Made by a program: the position numbers and the translations under genes. A stretch of DNA of 64,000 nt from an uncultured Acidobacteriota bacterium (GTDB lineage: Bacteria > Acidobacteriota > UBA6911), in the NCBI GenBank assembly GCA_963827655.1, contig CAWHCF010000036.1, positions 224,001 to 288,000 of the forward strand, in the 5' to 3' direction. Under the pieces are notes generated by a model, which was not told the origin of the DNA, ran no database searches, and was given only the letters and a program-made list of their open reading frames with translations. Numbering within the stretch: position 1 is the stretch's first letter; each line of letters starts with the position of its first letter. Below are positions 1 through 9,606 of the stretch, one piece after another.

Positions 1-447
1 ATGCATCCCGGTATCGATGTCGATGTAGACGCCGATACACGCGCCGCACCCGCGGGCGGCCTCGGAGAGAAGCTCCAGGTGCTCGGGCCGGCTGACGATG
101 ATCCTCAGCTCGAGCTCTCGATGTCGCTTCTGGAGGTCCAGGAGGCGGCGCATCTTGGCAGGATGAACCAACGGGTAGGCCAGAATGATCTGCCGCGCGC
201 CGCTTGCGGCCAGGACCTCGGCCTCTTTCAGGGTTGCGCACTTGTAGCACGCGATACCCGCCGCAAGCGTACGCTGCAAGATGGCGGCCGATTTGTGGGT
301 CTTGAAGTGGGGCACCAGGCGTTCGGGCGATCCGCACAGTTCGATCGCGCTGGCGAGATTGTGCTCGAGAGCCGGTTGGAAGACGAGCATTGCCGGGGTT
401 TCGATCGCCTCCGGCTCTTTCAGGCGGTAGTCACGGATTTCGAGCAC
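1..447 (-). CDS. PLP-dependent D-threonine aldolase/DSD1-like (alanine racemase fold) enzyme, 3' part outside window
   Basis: Not in the ORF track. Manual translation from GTG 447 (GGAGG RBS upstream): VLEIRDY...IETPAMLV...LVPHFKTHKS...KCATLKEAEVL...VYIDIDTGMH, with the HxKTHK PLP-lysine motif. Confidence 0.85.
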   Translation of the reverse strand, partial: MLEIRDYRLKEPEAIETPAMLVFQPALEHNLASAIELCGSPERLVPHFKTHKSAAILQRTLAAGIACYKCATLKEAEVLAASGARQIILAYPLVHPAKMRRLLDLQKRHRELELRIIVSRPEHLELLSEAARGCGACIGVYIDIDTGMH

Positions 448-521
448 CGATTCCTCCGTAAAGACGACCCTGTGGCAAGCCGGGTCGCCGCAAGACCTCC
501 CGCCGTAGCCATTTCAGCGGC

Positions 522-1328
522 CTAGAAGGTTGGAGGCGTGTTGACCCACAGCAATACAGTTTCCCGATTGCTCAGATTCTCCCAGCGGTGTGTATGCGTG
601 CTTTCGAAATAGAGACTGTCGCCGGTCTCGAGCACGTAGCGCTTGACTTCGTCCAGCCACATCTCCAAGGAACCCTGAATCACGTAGATAAATTCTTCTC
701 CCTCGTGATGGTACGAACCCCCGCTGCTCGCCCCCGGCGCAATTCGATAGAGGTGGGGCTCCATCACGGGCGTGCCGAACGCGAGCAGCTCCATCTGCAC
801 GCCGGGATAGGGCTGCAGCACCTTGCGATCGCGCGGACGGACCAGCTGGCGCCCACCGTCTCCATCGCCGAAGAAGGAGAGCACGTTTGTTCCGTAGAGG
901 TGCGTTAGTTTCTGCAGCGTGGCGACCGACGGATTAGCCTGCCCTCTCTCGACAGCGCTCAGCAAACTCGCGGAAATACCCACCGTGTGCGCCGCAGCCG
1001 TCAAGGTCAGCTTCTGATGGTGACGGAGCCGCCGCAAACGGGCGGCAATGCCCTCCGATTTATTGCTCGACGCCGGCTTCACGCGCGCGCCACGTCGCGT
1101 TGTCCGCATCAGGTGGAGGATGGCGCGCGGGTTCAGCTGTTCGACATGACGCAGGCGCTTGATACGCTTGGCCTCGTTGAGCAGCGCGGGGGAGTAAAGT
1201 CGATACCGTCCCTTGCTCCGAATCGGCGCGATCAGCCCTATCGCCTCCCAATTGCGCAGCGACGACGCGCTCACGCCCAGAATCCTTGCAGCTTTGCCGA
1301 TGCTCAGATAGAGCTCTTTCCTGCTCAT
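522..1328 (-). CDS. MerR-HTH + XRE-HTH + cupin transcriptional regulator
   Basis: SIGKAARILGVSASSLRNWE..GYR-like MerR head, LRRLR..LTL..LSAVERGQANPS XRE domain, C-terminal cupin HEGEEF. Start at ATG 1328 is inferred. Confidence 0.85.
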   Translation of the reverse strand: MSRKELYLSIGKAARILGVSASSLRNWEAIGLIAPIRSKGRYRLYSPALLNEAKRIKRLRHVEQLNPRAILHLMRTTRRGARVKPASSNKSEGIAARLRRLRHHQKLTLTAAAHTVGISASLLSAVERGQANPSVATLQKLTHLYGTNVLSFFGDGDGGRQLVRPRDRKVLQPYPGVQMELLAFGTPVMEPHLYRIAPGASSGGSYHHEGEEFIYVIQGSLEMWLDEVKRYVLETGDSLYFESTHTHRWENLSNRETVLLWVNTPPTF

Positions 1329-1466
1329 CCAAAAAACCTCAGCGCGACACTGAATGCCGGGCACAATTATAGTCGCCAAGCGGGACAACCCGCAACGTGG
1401 TGGACAAAAGGAAACGGATCACTCCCGCGATGATCGTGACGCTCACCATGTTCTTCGGCACGAACT

Positions 1467-1640
1467 GGTCATCGGTCGATTAGCCATGTCTTAGTCGTTT
1501 ATGTCGTGGCAAGCGCTTCGCGATCGTCTCGAGCCAGACCAGGTCGTAGTACAACTAATGAACATGACAGATGACAAATGAGAAATGACCAATGAAAGCG
1601 TCCCGTGTCAGTGTCTTATTGGTCATTTGTCATTCGTCAT
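1467..1640. repeat. AATGACN heptamer-repeat palindromic element
   Basis: ATGACAAATGAGAAATGACCAAT (1571-1593) pairs with ATTGGTCATTTGTCATTCGTCAT (1618-1640). A related copy lies at 22606-22783. Confidence 0.75.
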
Positions 1641-1904
1641 ACCGTGCGGAAGCGGCCCTGCGTTCAGTGTTGACAGACTCCACCGAAAATCTGTAAGGTT
1701 ATCGAAAATCCCAAGCGGGGGTTCCAGCCGACACAAATACATCAAGCACGAAAGAAGGAACCAGCTTTCATGGTGAGCAGGGCAGCCTGGTCCAGCAGCC
1801 TTGGGAAGACATAGCGCAAGCGTTTGCCGGGTAGTACAGGACGCGCCGGCGTCGTGGGTTGATAATTCATTTCTGGCCGATATCCGTCGTGGGAGGATCG
1901 GAAC

Positions 1905-4900
1905 ATGGTGGCAAACAACTCTTTCAGACTGGCCCAGAGGCAAGTTCGCCTGGTCGTTCTCAGAATCGTCTTTCTCTCGCTGTCCATACTGCTGATTCCG
2001 CTACCCGGTCGCTCCCTGTACGCCCAGACCGCCACCACCGGCGCTCTTTCGGGAACCGTGCGGGATGCTTCTGGAGCCTTCGTTGCAGGCGCGATGGTGA
2101 AAATCGTGAATCTGGGCAGCGGCGAAGAACGGAATCTCGTCACGGATGGAAAAGGGCGGCTATGCGGTCGGATTCCTCCCTCCGGGCCAGTACCGGATCG
2201 AGATCTCACAAGCGGGGTTCAAGACCGTCGTCCGGGAACCGGTCACCGTTCGGGTCACGGAGTGGGCGCGTAGCAGACGCTCTCCTCGACGTCGCGCAGC
2301 AGCGTGAGAGCGTAACGGTCACGTCCGAGGCCGAAATCCTGCAGACCGGTACCACGGCACTGGGTCGCGTCGTGGACTCCCAGTTGATTACCGAGCTTCC
2401 GCTGGTCACACGCAACTTCACCCAGCTCACGGCCCTGTCGCCAGGCAGTTCCATCAGCCTTCCGGACAGCTCGGCGCTGGGGAACGGCAGTCAGAACGTT
2501 TACACCAATGGCGCCTATCAACTGAGCAACAGCTACCTGATCAACGGCATCGATGCGACCAACGTCACTGTCCAACGCGGCCACGAACGTCGGAAATAAC
2601 ACGGGAGTTGCCGTCCCCTCCGTCGACAGCATTCAGGAGTTCAAGTCCCAGACGTCGCTCTACGATGCGTCTTTCGGACGCAACGGCGGGGCCAACATCA
2701 GTATCATAACCAAATCGGGCACCTCGGAATTCCACGGCAACGTCTACGAGTTCTTTCGAAACGAAGCGCTCAATGCCAATCACTTTTTCTTCAACAGTCT
2801 CGGGCGGCCTCGACCCGTCCTGCGCCAGAACCAGTTCGGGGGGACGCTGGGAGGTCCCGTCGTCAAGGACCGGACTTTCTTCTTCGTCTCCTATGAGGGC
2901 GCGCGCCAGTTCAACGGCGCGAGTCTCACGACCACCAGTCAGCTGGTGCTGCCTCCGATTCCTCAGGACCGCAGCGCGTCGAGCCTGGGCGCCGTTTTCG
3001 GCGGCCAGCGAGGCGCTCTCGGCGGCCTTGCCATCGCCTCTGACGGCTCGAACATCCATCCGGTCGCTTTGAAGCTCCTCAACGTGAAGTTGCAGAACGG
3101 GGAGTTTCTGATCCCGAGTCCCCAGCGTTCCGGTGCCGGTACGAATTATGCTGTTTCGGTTCCGGCCACGTATCGGCAGGATCAGTTCAACGTCAACCTC
3201 GACCATCAGATTCACAAGAACAACCGCCTGGCAGGCAAATACTTCTTCTCTGACGCGCCTCGCGACGAGGAGTTCGCCCAGTCCAACATCCCGGGCTTCG
3301 CCGACCACACGGAGGCCGGAAACCAGAATCTCTCCTTGATCGACACGCACATTTTCGGCGCCGCCTCGCTCAACGAAGCCCGGTTGGGCTATACGCGCTT
3401 CTTTGGCCTTAACTCAACCGATACAGTCGTCACGAGCGAGGAGGTGGGGATGTTCCGTACCAATGAGAAAGACATGCCCGGCCTCCCCCTGATCAATGTC
3501 ACGGGCTCACTGCGATTCGGCAGTACCGGAAACCAGTCGGTGCCCGTGACCAATACCTTCGTCTTCGCCGACACCTATTCGTTCAGCCTCGCCGCCAAGG
3601 GGCGCCATGATCTCCGGGTCGGCACGGAAACCCGCCGGATGCAGATCAATCAGGATATCTTGAATACGGTCCAGAATATGACCTTTCAGTCATTCCCCGA
3701 TTTTTTGATCGGTCGTTCCGGCGGCCCGATCGAAATGGGCGGCAACGGCACCACGTCCAGTAACATCTTTTCCACGAGTTCGGGCAACGGCATCATCTAC
3801 CGCGCCATGCGCCAGACGGACCAGTCGCTGTTCATAGCCGACGACTGGAAGATCCATCCCAGACTCACTCTCAATATGGGCCTTCGCTGGGAGTTCCTGG
3901 GCAACCCGTGGGACCAGGATGGCCGGAATACCAACTTCGACCCCCGTCTTTACAAGGTACCTCCTCCGGGCGGGCTCAGCTCCGCGGGATTCGTGCAGCC
4001 CGAGGGAACCCAGTTTCCCATTGCCGGCATTCCCCAGGTCAGCAGGACCTTTCTTGACTCGGAGGACTGGAACAACTGGGCTCCCCGCTTTGGCTTCGCG
4101 CTGCGTCCCTGGTTAGACCGCCCCGTCGTCCTGCGCGGAGGATACGGTGTTTTTTACGACCGGAAGAACTCTCGTACGATCATTCAGGAGACGGGCCAGG
4201 GTCAGCCCCCTTTCTTCAGGCGCATCATTCTTACGGGCCCTACTAATGCCGAATCTCGCCTGGACAATCCCTTTCCTGTTTTGCCCGCGCTGACGGATTT
4301 TCCGATTTCACTGAACATCATCCCGGGCCCGATTAACGGTACCTTCAGGGACGCTTTGCTGGGAATCGGCTTCATCGATGCGTTCAACCGGACCCCTTAC
4401 CTCCAGCATTACAACTTGAATATCCAGTACGAGCTTTCCGGCAACTTCTTGCTGGAGGTGGGCTACGCCGGCTCGAAGGGGACGAAACTGTACACGACCG
4501 AGGTGTTCGGAGCCCCGCTTGCCAGCCCGGAGCGTCCGCTCAACGACATCACGACCAACTCTCCCGCCAACGCATCGCTCAGAATGCCTCTCCTGGGCAC
4601 GACGCCGGGGATCTTCTGGACCAACCAGAACTCGGCCACATCCAACTACAACTCTCTGCAGTCCAGCCTGACCAAGCGGTTTGGTGGCGGGCTCTATTTT
4701 CTGGCCTCCTATACTTATTCGAAGACGCTGGGAACGGTCGACACCGGGGGCGACAGTTTCGTCGGCGCCGTCAACAGCGCGGCGCAGGACCACAGCGACA
4801 TCCGCGGGACAGGCTACGGCCCCACGCTCTTCGATCGGACCCACCGGTTGGTGGCCAGCTACGTTTACCAGCTTCCCTTCCTGGATGGGAACTCGGTTCG

Positions 4901-5429
4901 CGACCGAATTCTTGGAGGTTGGCAAGTCGCCGGCATCGTGACCTTTCAGTCCGGCACCCCGTACAGTGTGTTCGACACACTGGGCGCAAGTCTGTACGCC
5001 ATGCGCACTGGAAGGGCGAGTTACGCTCCCGGGGCGAGCCTCGAGACAGCCGAATTGTCCGGCTCGGTGAACTCGCGCCTGAACCGGTACTTCAACACGG
5101 CCGCGTTCGTGCGCGCGCCCACAATCCCCGCCGGCGGGACCACGCCTGACGGCTTTCCCGTTTTAGCCGCGGGTACCATATTCGGGAATACGGGCCGGAA
5201 CATTCTGCGGGGACCGGGTCAAGGCAATTTTGACGTGTCGGTCTCCAAGAGAGTTTCGTTGCGGGAGAAGCAGTATCTCGAATTGCGCGGGGAATTCTTC
5301 AACGTGTTCAACAACGTGAATTTCGCCAACCCCGCCTCGAATGTCGGCGCCCCTGCCAGCTTTGGAGTGATCAGTGCCACGACGACTTCGCCGCGGGTAG
5401 TTCAGCTGGCGATCAAGTTCCAGTTCTGA
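1905..5429 (+). CDS. Oar-type TonB-dependent receptor (carboxypeptidase-regulatory-like N-domain), three +1 indels in the 5' part
   Basis: The pieces 1905-, ~2156-2268, ~2270-2570 and 2553-5429 join into one protein collinear with the paralog at 9607-13137. C-terminus is PRVVQLAIKFQF. Confidence 0.85.
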
Positions 5430-5442
5430 GAGACTGGAAAAA

Positions 5443-5478
5443 GCAGTCAGCAGTCAGCAGTCAGCAGTCAGCGGTCTG
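5443..5478. repeat. Tandem heptamer repeat (GCAGTCA)x4 plus a degenerate copy
   Basis: gcagtcagcagtcagcagtcagcagtcagcggtctg directly after the TBDR stop codon. Confidence 0.85.
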
Positions 5479-5553
5479 CAGGTCATCACGCCTGCGTTTG
5501 CGCAACGCAAGCTACCGACGGCGCGAAAATGGATCGACAACGGCAGGTGTTCG

Positions 5554-6495
5554 ATGGTTAACAGATCGGCGCCATGGATTTGTGTGATCCTGGCGCTTGC
5601 ACTTGCGCAGGAGCGGGTATCCGGTCAGGCGACCGATCGCATGCCGTCGATCTCGGAACAAGTCTCGGCCATCGAGATGACTGTCTCCAGGGCCCGCGAC
5701 GGCCGTGAAACGGCCGCCGCGGTGCGGAGACCGCCGGGCCGGTCAGGACCTCTCCCGGCCGTCGTGCTGTTTCATGGCGGTTTGGACGAGTGGCCGGTCA
5801 CCAGGTTGAAGCGGGCGGTGCTCAATCAACCACTGCCCGCTTTTTTCCTGGCCGAAGGCTATATGATCGTCCAGGCCACTTACCGGAGCCGGAGTGAGGA
5901 CCCACAGTCTCCGAAAACCGTGTGGGACGCCGTCGCGATGGTCGAGCACGTCAAGCAGCTTCCCGGTGTCGATCCCAGGAGTGTCGTGATCTGGGGCACA
6001 AGCGGTGGGGGAAGCCTGGCTTTCGAGCTGGCGGCCGAGATCGAGGTCGCCGCGATCGGCGTGTGGGAGCCGGGCACGATCATTTTTTCGGGAATGCTCA
6101 CCAAGGGGAACCAGGTTGGCAAGGTTTTGTCTCCTGATCCACGGCGTTACTGGACACCCGAGATCGAACGACGCACGCAGGAAAGGCTCCGGCGACTCAG
6201 CTGTCCGATCTTCGTCGGCCATGGCGACGTGCATCCGCTCAAGGAACTCAACTTCAAGTTGTTTTTCCCCGAACTGTTGAGAGTGGGGAAGCCGGTTCAG
6301 ATCAACGTCTATCCCGGAATGCAACATGGAATTTTTTACTGGTACGACAAGGACCGGTTGCCATACATCAAGAGCTTCTTCGACGATTGCAATTACATGT
6401 TCAAAAAATACCTTGCGACCCAACCGGTTCCGATGGATCCCAGCGCGATCCAGTGGGTGCCCGACAGCCCCGCGAATACGATATTGGAGCGATAA
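5554..6495 (+). CDS. Secreted alpha/beta hydrolase (dienelactone hydrolase/S9-like)
   Basis: Signal peptide, HGG oxyanion motif, WGTSGGG nucleophile elbow, YPGMQHG. Confidence 0.85.
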   Translation: MVNRSAPWICVILALALAQERVSGQATDRMPSISEQVSAIEMTVSRARDGRETAAAVRRPPGRSGPLPAVVLFHGGLDEWPVTRLKRAVLNQPLPAFFLAEGYMIVQATYRSRSEDPQSPKTVWDAVAMVEHVKQLPGVDPRSVVIWGTSGGGSLAFELAAEIEVAAIGVWEPGTIIFSGMLTKGNQVGKVLSPDPRRYWTPEIERRTQERLRRLSCPIFVGHGDVHPLKELNFKLFFPELLRVGKPVQINVYPGMQHGIFYWYDKDRLPYIKSFFDDCNYMFKKYLATQPVPMDPSAIQWVPDSPANTILER

Positions 6496-6550
6496 GACTT
6501 TTCTGGCACGATTGGTGTTTCTGCGTATCTTTGTATCCTGGAGGAGATTG

Positions 6551-7726
6551 ATGATGCTTTCGAGAGCGATTGCGGTGCTGTGGGTGTTCGGGATCGCTTC
6601 CCTGTCCCACGGCGCCGAGAAGGTGTCCATGCAGCCGACGCCCAACGGTGGCATCCGGCCTCAGGTGGTCGTCGACGGAAAGGGTGTCGTGCACCTGGTC
6701 TACGCGTGGAATCCGAATCCGGGCGAAAGGCCGGGCGGCGACAACCTCGCCTACGTGCGCAAGGAACCGGGCCAGAGCGAGTTCTCGAAACCGATCGATG
6801 TGAACAGTGTTCCGCGCAGCGTCTATCCCCTGGTCCCGTCTGAAATGGTGGTCGGCCGCGACGGACGTGTCCACGTCTCCTGGGCCGCCTCTCCCCGATA
6901 CTTCCGCGAGCGCGCGAGCGAGGGAGGAGAGAGGCGCTTGAAATATTTGTTCTACACCCGGCTGAATGACGCCCGGACCGCCTTCGAAGAACAGCGTAAC
7001 ATCGCCGGCGACACGTTCGGCTTCGAGATGGCGTCGGCGATCGTGGCGAATTCCAAGGGGGACGTACATCTGTTCTGGGGCGGCAACCACGCGGATCACG
7101 GTGCCGGCGACGCAAACCGAAAAGTCTTCGGCATCCACTCTAAAGACGAGGGGAGCACGTTCTCTCCCGTTGAAGCTGTCTGGGACGACGGCAAGGGCGC
7201 ATGCATGTGCTGTACGACCGAGGCAATGGAGACCGACGCCGGGACGATACTCCTGATTTACAGATCGGCCGAGAAAAACGTCAATCGCGACACGTATCTG
7301 CTGACCTCGAAGGATCAAGGTAAGACATTCGCGGGACAACGAGTCGACGGCTGGGAGATCAACGCCTGCCCGATGACGAGTTACGGCCTGGTCGAAACTC
7401 GTCTGGGCGTCTTCTTCGCGTGGGAAACCAAGGGCCTCGTCCAGCTCGCGCGAACCGCCGCCGGCAAGATAGTTACTCCTGTCTCTCCGAGCGGGGAGGG
7501 TCACGAGCGGAAGTTCCCGAGCGTCGCGGCAAACTCCAAGGGCGAGATCCTTCTGGCCTGGACCGAGGACTCCCACTACCGGAAGGCCGGAGACCTGGCC
7601 TGGCAGGTGTTCGACAAGAACGGAAACCCGACCGAGGAAAAAGGAACCGCGAAAGGCGTGATCCGGGCGGCGGCAATGCCTGCGGTCTATCCGAATCCTG
7701 ATGGTACTTTTGTGATCCTTTACTAG
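6551..7726 (+). CDS. BNR/Asp-box (sialidase-fold) secreted protein with CxCC...CP motif
   Basis: Asp boxes SKDEGSTF and SKDQGKTF, ACMCC and NACP motifs, GAGGAG RBS, signal peptide. Confidence 0.8.
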   Translation: MMLSRAIAVLWVFGIASLSHGAEKVSMQPTPNGGIRPQVVVDGKGVVHLVYAWNPNPGERPGGDNLAYVRKEPGQSEFSKPIDVNSVPRSVYPLVPSEMVVGRDGRVHVSWAASPRYFRERASEGGERRLKYLFYTRLNDARTAFEEQRNIAGDTFGFEMASAIVANSKGDVHLFWGGNHADHGAGDANRKVFGIHSKDEGSTFSPVEAVWDDGKGACMCCTTEAMETDAGTILLIYRSAEKNVNRDTYLLTSKDQGKTFAGQRVDGWEINACPMTSYGLVETRLGVFFAWETKGLVQLARTAAGKIVTPVSPSGEGHERKFPSVAANSKGEILLAWTEDSHYRKAGDLAWQVFDKNGNPTEEKGTAKGVIRAAAMPAVYPNPDGTFVILY

Positions 7727-7861
7727 CTTATGAACTACTTACGTCGCTTGCCTGGTTTTTTGAGACAGCCCTTTGGCAGTAGATCCGTCTCGGCCATTTT
7801 AGCTTTGACGGACGCAGATCGCCGGTATCTCACGGGGCCGCGGAGACACAGCTACACAAAG

Positions 7862-8308
7862 ATGTTCAAATTTTATGTCTGTGCTTTTCTCTGTGGCGCT
7901 GTGACTCTGTGGCCGTCTGATTCGCAACTGGCTTCAACGGGCGGAGGTCCTGCGGCAGTCCGGCCCATAGCCGTAACGGACGCGAACTTCGCGGCCGAGG
8001 TGGAGCGGTCCAAAGAGCTCGTTCTAATCGAATTCTGGGCCGACTGGTGCGGTCCGTGTCACGCCCTGATTCCGATCCTGGACGCCATGGCGGCGGAGTA
8101 TGCCGGCCGGGTGAAAATCTGCAAGGTGGATGTCAGCGACGAGAACAGCAATCCCGCGCTTGCCCAGCGGTTCAATCCCAATCCCCTCCCTTGCCTGGTC
8201 CTTTTCAAGAACGGTCGTGAGATCGATCGGAGCTACGGCGTCGATCCGAAGCAGCCGGACGCGAAGGCCTTCTTTCGAAGTTGGTTCGAGCGGAACCTGG
8301 CGCGCTGA
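7862..8308 (+). CDS. Thioredoxin with probable signal peptide
   Basis: FWADWCGPC active site and hydrophobic N-terminus. Confidence 0.85.
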   Translation: MFKFYVCAFLCGAVTLWPSDSQLASTGGGPAAVRPIAVTDANFAAEVERSKELVLIEFWADWCGPCHALIPILDAMAAEYAGRVKICKVDVSDENSNPALAQRFNPNPLPCLVLFKNGREIDRSYGVDPKQPDAKAFFRSWFERNLAR

Positions 8309-8575
8309 GCCGCGCGTTGGAGTGACGACCGTCAGCTTCCTCCCGGTCGGCCAGGAACAAATTCAGCGAACTCTCACCTGTAGAATGTCGCAGACAGTAT
8401 CTCGAGCGTCGTTGAGAGGGCCAAGGCTCGGCACTGGAGTCTGAAGTCGAGGCTGAGCTGGAGTGCCACTAACCGAGGGCCGAAGCCGGCATTGATAGCC
8501 CCGCTCTAGATTGGAGTAGTGCTGAGCGGGTCATGGCATGAGACTTGCCTCAAAACGAGTTCATTTGTTGCCACT

Positions 8576-8617
8576 GGGGGTCGGACGGGCTTGATAGCCC
8601 GTCCGCACATGTATCGG
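8576..8617. repeat. REP-like hairpin, copy 1
   Basis: CGGACGGGCTTGATAGCCCGTCCGCACATGTATCGG (36 bp) is identical to 16700-16735. Confidence 0.85.
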
Positions 8618-8654
8618 GAAGGCTTTGCGAACTTGTGACGTGCCGTGGATCCGA

Positions 8655-9593
8655 TCAGCGCATGACACCTTGCCCGGGCGGATCGGGCACCCATTGGACC
8701 TGGGAGCGATCCAATGGAACCGGCTGCGTCGGCAGAAACCTCCGGAAAAAGCTCTCCTCTTCCTCGAAGGTGCGCTGCAGCTTCTCGATCCTGCCTTCTG
8801 CAGAATACCAGGAGAGCCCGTGCGGCATTCCGGGGTGGATGCTGATCGTTACCTTCTTGCCGGCGTTCAGGAGCTCGGGGAAGAAGAAGTCGAAATTAAG
8901 CTTCTTGAGAGGGTGAACGTCGCCGTGGGTCACGATGACGGGACACCGGATCTTGGCGAGCTTCTCCCGCGTGAGTTGCCGGTGCCGATCCGTAAAATAC
9001 TTGGCGGGGTCGGCCATGATCGGCTTGGCGCTCCCCTCTTCATCCGGCCCACTTTTCGTCATCATCCCGGTGAAAAGAACCGTGGCCGGCTCCCACGCGG
9101 CGACCGCGGCAAGATCGGTTTCTCCCGCCAACTCGAGGACGAGACTGCCGCCACCGCTTCCTCCCCAGGCGACGATGCTCTTCGGGTCGACCTGAGGCAG
9201 CTTCTTGACCTCCTCGACCACCGCGAGAAAATCCCACAGCGCGCCGGGCGCCTGAGGGTCTTCTCTGCGGTCGCGCCATGTGGTGAGAACCGTGATGTAC
9301 CCCGCAGCCAGGAAATAAGCGGGATAGGGTTGTTCGGTCGCTCCCTTCTTCAGTTGTTCGGCGGACCACTCACTAAGCCCGCCATGGGACAGAACGACCG
9401 CCGGCAGCTTCCCCCGGGAGGTCGGGTAGCGCACGACGGCCCGCGTCACGTGTCCGTCGCGGGCCGTGGCGGTGATCACCTTCATCGGAGAAACCTGCTC
9501 GGACACGTGAGGCCGCTTGTCGACCGCTCGGGCCTGAGAGGCCACTGAACTTGCCAGCACGAGCATGGCCAGGAATGAGGCAATTCGTTTCAT
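8655..9593 (-). CDS. Secreted alpha/beta hydrolase, paralog of 5554-6495
   Basis: HGG, WGGSGGG, HGDVHPL, HPGMPHG; signal peptide MKRIASFLA. Confidence 0.85.
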   Translation of the reverse strand: MKRIASFLAMLVLASSVASQARAVDKRPHVSEQVSPMKVITATARDGHVTRAVVRYPTSRGKLPAVVLSHGGLSEWSAEQLKKGATEQPYPAYFLAAGYITVLTTWRDRREDPQAPGALWDFLAVVEEVKKLPQVDPKSIVAWGGSGGGSLVLELAGETDLAAVAAWEPATVLFTGMMTKSGPDEEGSAKPIMADPAKYFTDRHRQLTREKLAKIRCPVIVTHGDVHPLKKLNFDFFFPELLNAGKKVTISIHPGMPHGLSWYSAEGRIEKLQRTFEEEESFFRRFLPTQPVPLDRSQVQWVPDPPGQGVMR

Positions 9594-9606
9594 AAGATTC
9601 TTCCTT

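Noticed and set aside
1-525. 174-aa plus-strand ORF
   Set aside because: It is the antisense shadow of the minus-strand PLP enzyme.
5443-5478. CRISPR array here or at the other repeats
   Set aside because: There are no repeat-spacer units and no cas genes.
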